Shown here in pieces: positions 39,382-52,099 of a stretch of DNA of 64,000 nucleotides. The position numbers and the translations under genes were made by a program. The stretch spans positions 6,988,864 through 7,052,863 of the forward strand of contig CM121342.1 in NCBI GenBank assembly GCA_051530055.1. The letters run 5' to 3'. The notes below the pieces were generated by a model that searched no databases, was not told the origin of the DNA, and was given only the letters and a program-made list of their open reading frames with translations. Each line of letters begins with the position of its first letter. Positions within the stretch are counted from its first letter, which is position 1. This stretch comes from Neoechinorhynchus agilis. Its lineage: Eukaryota > Animalia > Acanthocephala.

Positions 39382-39817
39382 GGACACCTTGATAGGAGTT
39401 GGTGGATAACACTAAACAAAACTTGTCTAATGAAACGTTTGTTTCTCCTAAGACAAAATTGTCGTGAGAACAAAGTTATTGATGGAGTCTTTGCCACAAT
39501 GAGCCTCCTTTACTACACTCACATCGAACTCTTCATGGATGATTATGCGAAATGCCGCATGGAAGCCAGATGATGAACGCGAATCAAGGAAAAGCTGAGC
39601 GACACTTCTATGGGGCAAATGTCATCACAGTTGTCGTTTCTTAGACGTGGTGTCATATTCCCTTATGAGGTTTCAACCACAATTAGCAATAGTCGATACT
39701 TTTTGCGCCGAATTCTCCTTAACTTCCTTCGTTTTTGTGTAGTGAAAAAGATCGGATTTCTTAAGTGCCTTTTAGAAAGCAAAAATATACGCACAAATAG
39801 AGAGAGAGAAAGAGAAC

Positions 39818-41440
39818 TTGGGGTCGGCACTGGCCCTCTTGAAGGACTTGGGGAAACGAATCAACGCGGCGACTGGAGTTGTGGGATTCCAACATCAGCC
39901 ACGGTCCAGGAGGAGCGCCGACGGCGGCAGAGGAGCTGAAATGCTCGAAATACAGGGAGCTAACAAGAAATTACCATTTTGTCCCCTTCGGTGTGGAAAT
40001 GTACCTTGGGAGGGTCGGAACTGGCCCTCTTGAAGGACTTGGGGAAACGAATCAACGCGGCGACTGGAGTTGTGGGATTCCAACATCAGCCACGGTCCAG
40101 GAGGAGCGCCGACGGCGGCAGAGGAGCTGAAATGCTCGAAATACAGGGAGCTAACAAGAAATTACCATTTTGTCCCCTTCGGTGTGGAAATGTACCTTGG
40201 GAGGGTCGGAACTGGCCCTCTTGAAGGACTTGGGGAAACGAATCAACGCGGCGACTGGAGTTGTGGGATTCCAACATCAGCCACGGTCCAGGAGGAGCGC
40301 CGACGGCGGCAGAGGAGCTGAAATGCTCGAAATACAGGGAGCTAACAAGAAATTACCATTTTGTCCCCTTCGGTGTGGAAATGTACCTTGGGAGGGTCGG
40401 AACTGGCCCTCTTGAAGGACTTGGGGAAACGAATCAACGCGGCGACTGGAGTTGTGGGATTCCAACATCAGCCACGGTCCAGGAGGAGCGCCGACGGCGG
40501 CAGAGGAGCTGAAATGCTCGAAATACAGGGAGCTAACAAGAAATTACCATTTTGTCCCCTTCGGTGTGGAAATGTACCTTGGGAGGGTCGGAACTGGCCC
40601 TCTTGAAGGACTTGGGGAAACGAATCAACGCGGCGACTGGAGTTGTGGGATTCCAACATCAGCCACGGTCCAGGAGGAGCGCCGACGGCGGCAGAGGAGC
40701 TGAAATGCTCGAAATACAGGGAGCTAACAAGAAATTACCATTTTGTCCCCTTCGGTGTGGAAATGTACCTTGGGAGGGTCGGAACTGGCCCTCTTGAAGG
40801 ACTTGGGGAAACGAATCAACGCGGCGACTGGAGTTGTGGGATTCCAACATCAGCCACGGTCCAGGAGGAGCGCCGACGGCGGCAGAGGAGCTGAAATGCT
40901 CGAAATACAGGGAGCTAACAAGAAATTACCATTTTGTCCCCTTCGGTGTGGAAATGTACCTTGGGAGGGTCGGAACTGGCCCTCTTGAAGGACTTGGGGA
41001 AACGAATCAACGCGGCGACTGGAGTTGTGGGATTCCAACATCAGCCACGGTCCAGGAGGAGCGCCGACGGCGGCAGAGGAGCGAAATGCTCGAAATACAG
41101 GAGCTAAGAAATTACATTTTGTCCCGGTGTGGAAATGTACCTTGGGAGGGTCGGAACTGGCCCTCTGAAGGACTTGAAACGAATCAACGCGGCGACTGGA
41201 GTTGTGGGATTCCAACATCAGCCACGGTCCAGGAGGAGCGCCGACGGCGGCAGAGGAGCTGAAATGCTCGAAATACAGGGAGCTAACAAGAAATTACCAT
41301 TTTGTCCCCTTCGGTGTGGAAATGTACCTTGGGAGGGTCGGCACTGGCCCTCTTGAAGGACTTGGGGAAACGAATCAACGCGGCGACTGGAGAGCCAAGA
41401 TCGACGTCGTTCTTGGCGCAAAAAATGGGAGCGTTGATGA
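39818..41440 (+). repeat. GC-rich tandem array, 191-bp unit, about 8.5 copies, derived from the endonuclease region of a CRE-clade non-LTR retrotransposon
   Basis: ctggccctct at 39830, 40021, 40212 and onward. The unit encodes LWD..AAEELKCSKY..YHFVPFGVE and ELALLKDLGKRINAATG; the array exits into TGEPRSTSFLAQK. Confidence 0.9.
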
Positions 41441-44418
41441 AACTATAAATTATGAATGTTCGAAAAAAAAGGACATTATAAAAAATGAAAATTAAGAATG
41501 TATGCCTCAACAGTAAAACAATGGACATAAAAATACGCTCTTATGATTGTAGCGGATTTTATAACATTTCTTTTATAATAATACGTTTATTTTGCTAATA
41601 CAAACTATTTTCAGAAAAAGTTTTGAACATTGCCCTTTTTTCTTTGATTCGCAAGGGAAAAATCATTTCCGAAGTTTGAATAATTCAATCTTCAAATACA
41701 TTTTGAAAAGTACGCATTCGGAAACAACCACTATGTTAATCGCGAAAATTGTCGCGATTTAACATCGATTTATCCTTTATTATTGCAGGTTTATGGAACA
41801 AAAAAATGATTTACAAACAATGGAAATTAATGCATTTTTTTGAGATTCTGACGAATTCGTAAATCTTTCAATTTTAGATTATAAACCAAGGCAATGTTGC
41901 TAGCGTGATAGCCGAGGAAGGAGAGAAGCTCCAATTTTGAAGACGGTGGTGATTGCACGTTTTGTACTTTATTATTGTTTAAAACCAGAAAAAACTGAGT
42001 TGTAGGTCGAAATTAAAAGTTATCTGCAAAAATCATTTGCCCTTTTCAAATATTATTTATCCACGCTTCTAGGCATCCAGTAAGGGATAAAGATTTAAAA
42101 AATTCCTTTAAAAAAACAGCGTAAATGTGATTTTTTTAATTTTTCTCTCTAAAATCGAAATGCCAAACCTTTTGTGATTGTCACTTTGTGGTTTATTTCG
42201 CAAGCTACGATTGTTTGATTTTTAATTATTTCGTTTTCTGCCTTTCGTTTTCATTTGAATCCGTTTTTGTGCTCTAAAATGCGTACGGTAAGAATTATTT
42301 CTAATTATCGTTTATCCTTAAAACGACATTCTCTTTAGGTTTCACAAATCAAGAAACGACCACTAATCGCCATGTAATCATTTAATAGGTTCAAAAATGC
42401 TTTGATAGATTTTACCGATTCACTCTACTCACGAATACAGTAAAAATCTCAATTTGTTTGTGGCTTATTTAAACTTCGCCAAATAAAATTGTTTCGGGTC
42501 AACTTCTCTAAATTTTTAGGGAAAAATCAATAAATGAATTCTACCTCAAATCACGCATTGAAGATGTCATAAAATCGCATTTATGAAAGGGAAACGAATG
42601 AAATTTCAGCGTTAGCGAAAACCTTCAAAACCGGATTTTAGCATTTGCAATCAAATGCGATTTAAATCTTAATGTTCGTCGAGATTCAAGAGCCCGGTGA
42701 TCTTTTGATTAAATGTGGCGAAAACATAATGCGGTTTAAATCGAGTAATCTTTAGACAAAGTATTTTTGTGAGCTCAACCAAATCGGCGCTAGCTTCGAA
42801 GTTTAATTGTACAAAAAATCGTGAGCCAATTTAACTGTAAAAGTTGACTAATGAGATGTTTCTGGCACGGTTGAATTCTAAATATGAATTTCTACCGATG
42901 ATTTTATAGATATCTCGTTAAAGCATCGGTATTTCGAAATGAACAGAATTATAAAAAATCTGTCTGGAGACGTCGAAACCTTTTTGATGCCTGTTTACGG
43001 TGTAATAAATTAATAGACTTTATTAAATCCGATTGGTTTCAGAGGCACAATCTTGTACGTGTTTTGATCAAGGTTGTTTCATTAATTTTTTTACGCCATA
43101 AACAAACGCTGAATAGTTCAATCTGCAAACAAGCTTTTTAATGTCGTAATCGTCATTTTTCATCGAATAAATATGAGAAATAGACGGTATTGAATTATTC
43201 AGCGTTTTTTATGATGGAAAAATTGAAGGAATTTTATTAAATTCCATATATTTCGGTCGCCTTTATCATAGCTTCTTATTAGTGTTTTTAATATGTAATA
43301 GAAAACTCAAACTGTCATGAAAAATAAACGTCTATTCGAGAACTACACCAAAAAACGTTTTCATAATTTTTGAGTTCACCTGAAAAAATTTAGTTTGAAA
43401 ACTACTGCATTTATTAAAAAAATTAAAACCTGTCTCTTAGCACATTAACGTGTTTTTTGCGACCGCTTAAATGAAAATAAATCCAGAATTTCAATAGAAA
43501 TCAAAGACCAAAGAATTGCGCTACAAAACTCTTATCGATTTTCGTTGAACTTTAGCAAATTCCAAGATAATAAAAATATCCCATTTTTTTCCTAAATAAA
43601 TCCAAAAAAAATTACACGACATTTTCATCGAATTCAAAGTTTTTCCAATAAAAGAATAATATATCATCAAACCGTAAAAAAGATCCCATTCGTGAATCTT
43701 TTGCAGAATTTGTTTTTCGTTTATCGATTGCTTTTGCCTAGACAACACGTTACCTTTGCTGGATATTGATTACGAACCTCACCCCACAATGAACGCCGTT
43801 TTTCGCATCGGTACGAAACTAACGTCGTAACGATTTTTGAACGAAATTCTCGATATACCATTTGAAAATACGCTTAAAAGAGTAATTCCATTATTCCGCG
43901 AAACAAAACTATCTGGACACCGCCACAGTTTTTGAAGATGTTTGATTCAGGAAGTGATTTATCTTGAATTTTTTTTCGACCTTTTCGTTGGCTTTTTTCA
44001 GTTAATTGCTGTAGAAAACTTACAAGCAATTGACTGAAGAAGGCCAACGAAACGGTTGGAAAGATTTTCAAGATAAATTAACATGGAAAAAGCGAAATGT
44101 ATTTTTGGATCCTCATGAACACTCGAATTCGCAGGAGAATTATTTCGGTGCTTCTTTAAGATTCGTTGAGAGATTTAAAGAATTTTTTTCTTAGGTACTA
44201 TGGTCTGTTAGTTGGTTTTAGTTTATTTGATTTTAATTGGTTAATTTGTAATTGATCTCAAGCCTCTGATTGGTCTAAATGTTTTCATTCAGAATATAAA
44301 ACCTTCTCGGTAGATAAAATCGGGATTAAACCTCCACCTTTGAAGATTCGAGTACTCGAAAAGACTGCCCATTTTCGACCTTTACGTCCTTAAATCACTT
44401 TAAGAGCACAGTGTTTTT

Positions 44419-44781
44419 TTGAACTCATTGAACAAATGCATAGATCTTTGCTGGGAATGTAATTCTGCCGCAGTACAGCAGAAAGTTTATCTGAATTATC
44501 TGGGTTCAACAAAGTTCCTATGGGTTGCACTTTTATTACAAAAATCCTCTCCTAATGCTGAGATAAACTCGGATTGTTTTTTGATTTTAGATAAACTCAT
44601 CGCTGTAATGCATTCACCCAATGAACATGAAGATCGAATTCAAGCAGCGATTGAAAAAGGAGACGAAGATGTGAAATTCTATAACTCAAAAATCACAGGG
44701 ATGACTGAAGACATTTCATTGGATGTTTACGGCGGAATGACATTTGAAAATTCGAATTTGAGAGATAAAAACTGCGATTAA
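44419..44781 (+). CDS. Unknown ORF, 120 codons, no ATG at the 5' end
   Basis: Open frame only; no recognisable motif. Confidence 0.2.
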   Translation: MNSLNKCIDLCWECNSAAVQQKVYLNYLGSTKFLWVALLLQKSSPNAEINSDCFLILDKLIAVMHSPNEHEDRIQAAIEKGDEDVKFYNSKITGMTEDISLDVYGGMTFENSNLRDKNCD

Positions 44782-45049
44782 GTGATTGATCAGATAAGAG
44801 AAGTTTACTAAATCGTCGTTGTTTCTACTTGACTATTAAAAAACCAAACCATCTGAGGTGGATCGAGGAATGGAAGTCAAAGTACTCGTATTTTTTCATA
44901 GCGATCACTAAATACTAATTTTAAACCTATTCAGGACCTTTGACATGATTTAGAAATTCGGAAAGCCTTCAGAGCACCTTGAGCTTTAATTCTTAATTGA
45001 AAAGCAGATCGCCAAGGAACTCCCATTTAATCGTGAGATGGGCGAATAC

Positions 45050-46330
45050 TGAAAATGTTCTACTTCCTCCATCTCTCACAGGCTCTCTACAAAACCCCGA
45101 TCTAGAATTCATCGCAGTCCATTTCATAGCCCCTCTGAGAAATGCCCTTTGAGAATTCACCAGTGCTGGCGTCTATCGTCCTGCTGCCTCTTGTCCTGAG
45201 TCCTCTTGTCTCCAACTTGATTTTATGATGGAGCTCACAAACTCACACCATTTCCTAATTGCAGGGGAATTCAATAAACTATTTCCTCTTTCGCCCTTCT
45301 CCGAGTTGCGTCAACTTATTGACTTCCCAACTCGTCTTGATGTTCACCTCGACAAAGTCTTCAACAATATCGATGCCTGCTAATCCGACTAAATTCCTTC
45401 CTTCCCTTGTGAACTCTGACCACTTTTCTGCCCTTATTACTCCCGCCACCCATCTTCAGCGTATAAAATTTCCCCGTTTACCCGTCTATGATAAACGTGA
45501 TCACCACATCCACAATTTTATATAATGTTCAATTCTATTATTCCCATATTCCACTCTGACAACACAAATGACTTTTTCTTGGCCATGTCCTCCCTAACTA
45601 CAATCACAAAATATTCTCTAACTTCCACAATTTCCAAGAAATTCATTCGAATCTTCAACCGTGAACCACCTCTTCAAAAGCAAGCTTCTAAAGGCCATCG
45701 AAATAACACTGAAGGCTTTCCTCGTTTACAAATAGCTTTAACTAACAAAATACTTATCGCCCGCAAAAACTTTCCTTCTTCCGAAATTAGTTCGGGTGGC
45801 AATTTAACATGGTGGCGGGCCGTCAAGGACTCTGTTGGTCTACGCAGCGCTGATTCCTTCCCTAATTTTACCTCTTCTGAATTAAAACAGGTTCTAGACT
45901 CTATCAATCAAAACCTCCGCCCGGGCTCAATTTACAATCGCTGAACCACATCAGGTCCCACAAAATCTTAAAAGCCCACATCTGAAACTTTTGTCAACTC
46001 ATCGGTACTCCCCTTAGTTTCGTCATACGAAGTACTACCGCATCTCAGGAAAGTACCTCGAAATTCGTCCTCTCACTCAGTAATCCCAAACTGGGCTCTT
46101 CCCTAAATCATCCTTGAATTCATAGACCCTTTAACCCTCATTATAAACCAGCGCTTTTTATATGGCATCTACCCCTAATGCCTGAAAACTGCTAAAGTTA
46201 TCCTTCTTCCAAACGAATACATCCAATTTCCACCGAATCATTCCGTCCAACATCCATTCTGCCCGCAATAAAATGTGTTATTATAACCTCGATAAAAGAT
46301 CTTTGTAAAACGCTTCCTCCATTCGTACTG
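45050..46330 (+). mobile_element. Degraded APE-type LINE: endonuclease plus the start of RT
   Basis: VYRP, LIAGEFN, PTRLDVHLDKVFN and SDH APE motifs; LKTAKVILLP; many stops and frameshifts. Confidence 0.8.
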
Positions 46331-46426
46331 ATAAAATTTAATAGACGTGGGACGAAACAACGTAAAGAGATGACAATTCCTCCAAGTACAAAGAAAACGC
46401 ATAATTCTTGTGGAACTTTTAGTAAT

Positions 46427-47191
46427 TCACTTTTTTGCTTTTCTATTTTTCCCGTGATACGTTGATCCACTGAGTGTTTTATCGGCAGAACACCCACCTT
46501 TCATTTCCTGGTCGACCGACTGTTCGTCGCCCGCCTGACAACGAGTTGTGCGACAATCATGAGCGAACATTTCATCAATCTTTGACGATGTAAGGCACGT
46601 AAGGCGTTCAATGGGGCTTGCATTTTGTTCGTGGTCAATGGAATTTGTCGAACAAGTCTTGATTTTTACAGCAACAAATTCGGCATCGGCTGATTTCTCT
46701 GCACATTTCACTTCCGCTTCATCATCTGCGAGCTTATCCACTTCCGATCCGGTGAAACTCCTGTTTGGTAGATGTTTCCCATTTCGTAGACATCGCTGAT
46801 TATCCGTCACAGGTTGAGCCTTTTTTCTATTATGCATACTCGCAACTCGTTTGGCAAAGTGAACATCACGGGCCTTCGGTGGACAAATAGTGCCAAAGTA
46901 CTCTACACCGTGAAGTATAACTCGACCACTGATTATTCCACATGGAGTTTTGGTCAGTTTTCGAAAGAGGAAATCAACTTCCGACCCCGCGGGGTACTTT
47001 TCGAAGAATTCTGCTTCAATTTCCGTTGCTTTATCCTCACAAATTATACCGGAAGTAGAAGTAGTCGTTTGAATCATGGAAGATATTGGCAAAGTTATAC
47101 TGGGAGTAGAGGATCGCCTTGATGATTGTGACTTTGTCTTTTGTTTTCCAGTGGTCAAATTTGATACTTTTCGAGACTTTCGATTTGTCAT
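46427..47191 (-). CDS. Hypothetical 254-aa protein, S/T/K-rich N-terminus, central globular segment
   Basis: Long open frame; tttcag directly precedes the ATG as in other genes here. No confident homology. Confidence 0.55.
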   Translation of the reverse strand: MTNRKSRKVSNLTTGKQKTKSQSSRRSSTPSITLPISSMIQTTTSTSGIICEDKATEIEAEFFEKYPAGSEVDFLFRKLTKTPCGIISGRVILHGVEYFGTICPPKARDVHFAKRVASMHNRKKAQPVTDNQRCLRNGKHLPNRSFTGSEVDKLADDEAEVKCAEKSADAEFVAVKIKTCSTNSIDHEQNASPIERLTCLTSSKIDEMFAHDCRTTRCQAGDEQSVDQEMKGGCSADKTLSGSTYHGKNRKAKK

Positions 47192-47429
47192 CTGAAATCC
47201 CGTTAAATACAAATTCAGGTGATTGTATGAACAAACTTACAATTATATTATTTTTTGTGGCGAGGTCATCTAGCGAAATATTTCCAATAACCCAAAATCA
47301 AATGTGCTATTACCGGGATTATTATCACCAAAATAATATTTTGACTAATCCGATGGATTTTTTATCGATGACAAACTTATAAGTTAGAGTTTTCCCAAAG
47401 AAAAAGTCGAAAAGGATCGTAAAGTGAAA

Positions 47430-48680
47430 ATCGCGAAACTCAAAAAGGTTTTCATCGTTTCAAAATTGAGAAACTTGAAAATCAACTTTTTATCGCTCTA
47501 AGAAGCCAGAGAAGAACTTTTAAAATAACTCCGTTCACAATCTTCAGGGAAGATCGTCGAGATAATAAGATCCAGAATTCGGCAATATCACGAGGAATCG
47601 TTTAAAGGAGATCTTTAATAATTGAATCGAAACTCCAAAAGGTTTTCATTGTTTAAAAATTGAGAAACTTAATAATCAACTTTTTATCGCTCTTAGAGGC
47701 CAGAGAAGATCTTTTCAATAACTCCGTTCACAATCTTCAGGGAAGACCGTCGAGATAATAAGATCCAGAATTCGGGAATATCACGAGGAATCGTTTAAAG
47801 GAGATCTTTAAAAATTGAATCGAAACTCCAAAAGGTTTTCATTGTTTAAAAATTGAGAAACTTAATAATCAACTTTTTATCGCTCTTAGAGGCCAGAGAA
47901 GCACTTTTCAATAACTCCGTTCACAATCTTCAGGGAAGACCGTCGAGATAATAAGATCCAGAATTCGGCAATATCACGAGGAATCGTTTAAAGGAGATCT
48001 TTAAAAATTGAATCGAAACTCCAAAAGGTTTTCATTGTTTAAAAATTGAGAAACTTAATAATCAACTTTTTATCGCTCTTAGAGGCCAGAGAAGCACTTT
48101 TCAATAACTCCGTTCACAATCTTCAGGGAAGACCGTCGAGATAATAAGATCCAGAATTCGGGAATATCACGAGGAATCGTTTAAAGGAGATCTTTAAAAA
48201 TTGAATCGAAACTCCAAAAGGTTTTCATTGTTTAAAAATTGAGAAACTTAATAATCAACTTTTTATCGCTCTTAGAGGCCAGAGAAGCACTTTTCAATAA
48301 CTCCGTTCACAATCTTCAGGGAAGACCGTCGAGATAATAAGATCCAGAATTCGGGAATATCACGAGGAATCGTTTAAAGGAGATCTTTAAAAATTGAATC
48401 GAAACTCCAAAAGGTTTTCATTGTTTAAAAATTGAGAAACTTAATAATCAACTTTTTATCGCTCTTAGAGGCCAGAGAAGCACTTTTCAATAACTCCGTT
48501 CACAATCTTCAGGGAAGACCGTCGAGATAATAAGATCCAGAATTCGGGAATATCACGAGGAATCGTTTAAAGGAGATCTTTAAAAGTTGAATCGAAACTC
48601 CAAAAGGTTTTCATTGTTTAAAAATTGAGAAACTTAAAAATCAACTTTTGATTGCTCTTAGAGGCCAGAGAAGCACTTTG
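47430..48680. repeat. Tandem array, 193-bp unit, about 6.4 copies
   Basis: cgaaactccaaaagg at 47628, 47821, 48014, 48207, 48400 and 48593, with a diverged first copy at 47434. Confidence 0.97.
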
Positions 48681-49559
48681 CCAAAAAACACTCTGACCTA
48701 CCTTTTAGATCTATAGAAGTCCGAAGAGACGGACAAAATATTGAATTAATAAAATTAATCTATATTTTCCCAATCACCAAACAAAATATATCCATGGACA
48801 ACTTCTTTACAACGTTTCAATAATCCCGTTCACAATCTTCAGAGAAGACCTTCGCGAGAAAATTTGTTTCCTTCTTAAAATGGAGTTCTTTAATCCATTT
48901 AGCATTTAAACTGTTTGCTATTTTATATTCTGGAGAGCTGCATCGCCACGGAATCGTGATTTGCGGAAAAGAATGAAATATTTGAGAATCGTGTTTATTA
49001 AATGATTGTGTTCTTGAAGGTTGCCAAATATTGCTCAGAATCACTTTGTCAACGGGAAATTTTCATGAAGGATCTTTTAACCCAGAGGAGTTAAACGACT
49101 ACAAACTTTTATTTTGAAAAAAGTCCGCTAGAAAGACTATTTTCACTAATAACCCGAAGCATTGATCAGTTATGATGACATCAGTTTTTTTCATAATAAA
49201 CTCCAGAATGTACTCGAAATAACGGAAACCAAAATTTAGAAGGAAATAATGAATATTCACACGTTCAACCGTTTAGTTGTTTCACGACCTTTTGAAAACT
49301 GAGACTAAGTTAAGCAGTGAATCGAGTGCAAAAACCGAACACACAAAGCACCGAAAATCAATTAATCTTGCGCTTCCCTACGCTTTCATATCAGCATTTT
49401 TACTTTGTTAAATGTTTATTAGAACATCCCTTCCTGGGATTTTTAGTTTTCTTCGGCTGGCATGAAGCCACACCGATATCTTAGATCAGAGAAGTGATTG
49501 AATCACGGTCAAAGAGTTCAAGTCCACAATCGCCTACGACTAATAGCAAAAGGCGACGA

Positions 49560-50550
49560 AATACCTCAATGAAGGGAGGAAACTTACTGATGAATCCCGC
49601 CTCCCCGGGAGGTATCTGAGGATTCGAAGGTATTCATACAAACTCATTTACCGTACGGTCTTGGGGCATTGAGTGCAGACCAGCGCTTCCCAGACCAATG
49701 AATCGGTCAGCGGGGTATTAAGTGATTCAATAATTTCTTTGATCCAAGATATCAATTGGCCGTGTGCCTTTAAAGGAAAAAGCCGAGTAAAGAACGCTCA
49801 AAAAACTTAATATAACCGACTTGATAGAAGGCATAAGAAAAAATATTTTATTGAGATATTCCGAAAGAGGAAACATCATCCGATCAATGATTGTTTAAGT
49901 ATTGAGAAATAATAACGAAAATAATTTCGTACTATATAAATTTCTTTATTGTTTCTAAATACTGAAACAATTATTGATCGGGCGAAGCTTCTTCTTTCGA
50001 AATATTTTAAAATAATCAAAAATACGATCCGCCGATCTGGTTCAAGGAAGCGGATAAAATCACACTTAATACCTTCCTGAAGCTTACTGAAGGCGACGAT
50101 ATTTCGTTTAATTCGGCCCTGTGAGTAATCGGCGATCGTGGATGCCAAACATCTAATCCTGAAACATGGATTCGAGTCTAAAGTCAACTGGACGACCTCA
50201 AAACGACTGCGGAATGAACAAACTCATTACCGTGTGGTTCAGCGGGGTATTAAGTGATTCAATCATTTCTTTGATCCAAGATATCAGTTGGCTGTGTGCC
50301 TTTAAAGGAAAAAGCCGAGTAAACAACGCTCAAAAAACTTAATATAAACGACTTGATAGGAGACAGCGGATAAAATCACACTTAATACCCTTCTGAAGCC
50401 TACTGAAGGCGACGATATTTCGTTTAAATCGGCCGTGTGAGTCATCAGAACCCTTTGACCCACTTAAACTGGAATCAGGAGATTTAGTCCACTTGACCAC
50501 CTCGGCACAACTACGGAATGTACAAACTTCGACCAATGCACACACAGCCA
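49560..50550 (+). mobile_element. Second copy of the 2.07-2.67 kb dispersed element, permuted and partly tandem (about 530-bp period)
   Basis: cagcggggtattaag at 49708 and 50240; matches 2070-2670. Confidence 0.8.
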
Positions 50551-50691
50551 ATCGATATCTCGGATCAATTAAAAACGAACGTGATAATTCGTTTCCTGAT
50601 TACTTTTGAAAATTCTTTTATCTACGATGCGCGCATTTGAACACTATGATTTTTTTACATTGATTTATCGATTCGCTCGCATACGTCATCA

Positions 50692-51243
50692 ATGAACGAT
50701 TTAAATGATGTTCAAAAGCGTATATTGGCTCATTTGCGTTCATCGATTTTAAATTTAGTGCTTATTCAGAAGACATTTGGCGAATCGTCGAGGTTGTTGA
50801 TACTGTCACAAATCCTTCAATTAATCTTGGATGATAAAAAAGAAATTTGGTATTACACCCGCGAGTCCCGAATTCAAGAAACGATTGAAATTTTCGATAC
50901 TTTTAGTCTTGATCAATATCGACATCGACTAAAATTTGTTTATCCGTTAAACATGAAAGATCTTTGTGTGCACGTGAGAAATACTTATGGTGATCCGATA
51001 ATAGTAATCGATAATCTTGAATTTCAATCTTCAAATTCCGAAAAGCTTCCATGTATTTTAAGAACGCTCCAAGTTAACTCCGGACACCCGTCCACAATCA
51101 TTTTATGCACTGGAAAATGGAGATCTACGTACGCGGGATCAGTAACAACGGCTTTTTTAGAAGACAAATCAGGAATCAATCAATATATCGATATTCACAG
51201 ACGTGGAACGGATGACGTAGAATGTATCGAAATCCACAGATGA
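50692..51243 (+). CDS. SWSAP1-like RecA-fold protein (Shu complex), degenerate Walker A
   Basis: EIWYYTR, RHRLKFVYPLNMKDL and PIIVIDNLE align with SWSAP1 VLFLTR, LQKIRFQYPPSTREL and PSLLLLDGLE (recalled). Confidence 0.55.
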   Translation: MNDLNDVQKRILAHLRSSILNLVLIQKTFGESSRLLILSQILQLILDDKKEIWYYTRESRIQETIEIFDTFSLDQYRHRLKFVYPLNMKDLCVHVRNTYGDPIIVIDNLEFQSSNSEKLPCILRTLQVNSGHPSTIILCTGKWRSTYAGSVTTAFLEDKSGINQYIDIHRRGTDDVECIEIHR

Positions 51244-51739
51244 TTCTTGTGATTTGAACGATGAAACCAATCTCGTTTTATCAATACTCAAACTAAATTA
51301 AAAGAGACGTTTTTGAATGGCTTTTACGGTTTAAAGTATCTTCAATTTATCGAAATTTACGGTTGAAGTTCAAGAAAAAAAAGCGTGCGATTTAAAACTT
51401 CTTTATTTCGAACCAGAAAAAAGTTTAGTGTTCAAAATTGTATCAAGGTTTATAAAAATTCATTTTAATTTATTTATTCGATATTTCACTTGTCGGATAA
51501 TTCCGACATTCCCCCGAGGTTTGTCATTGTTAGCAGAGGAGAAATATATTAGTAAACCTAAATCCGAGGTGGCAAAACTAAGAAAAAGAAAGATTGTTTT
51601 AATCTGCTTTGTGAGTGTCTTTTCTAGACAAAACCGTCTCGGATAAAATTGTAAGGTTTCGAGAAATGACTGAAAGTTCGTTGAAATATTAACCTTCCGT
51701 GGATTGACGGGTTTCCAAGAGTCCTGGAACTAAACGCAA

Positions 51740-51880
51740 GGACTGCGGAGACGCTCAAATGCAAAAAAATTGAAGGACGATGATATCCCCGATGCCGTTC
51801 AACTGCTTGCATCTTGTGATAAATTCCTTTTTCCTGATGAACAAATTATTGGAATGCTCCGTGATATTCAACTGGCAAGG
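51740..51880 (+). mobile_element. CRE-clade retrotransposon fragment (pre-RT region)
   Basis: KLKDDDIPDAVQLLASCDKFLFPDEQIIGMLR resembles the CRE motif K.EEGD..GAVRLL.SDD..AP.DEETL..LR. Confidence 0.45.
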
Positions 51881-52099
51881 AGATCTGTGGCCTTTCAGTC
51901 AAATTCTCAACCGTTCTCCATAGTGGCTAATTTAGCTTTAAGATATAAGTGCACTTTAATCAATTGCATGCTGTTTTTTCAATCCGTTTTCATTGAGGCT
52001 TTCAATTTGAGTCTAAATAGGAGAAACGACACAGGACATCAAGAAGAGGGTCGCTCAACATAAGCAACCCTGCAGTCGATTTGAGCATTCTTCGGCAAT

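Noticed and set aside
50410-50455. Minimal hammerhead on the minus strand (CTGATGA..GAAATATC)
   Set aside because: A palindromic stem III is possible, but stems I and II do not pair and the motif is absent from the 2.6 kb copy.
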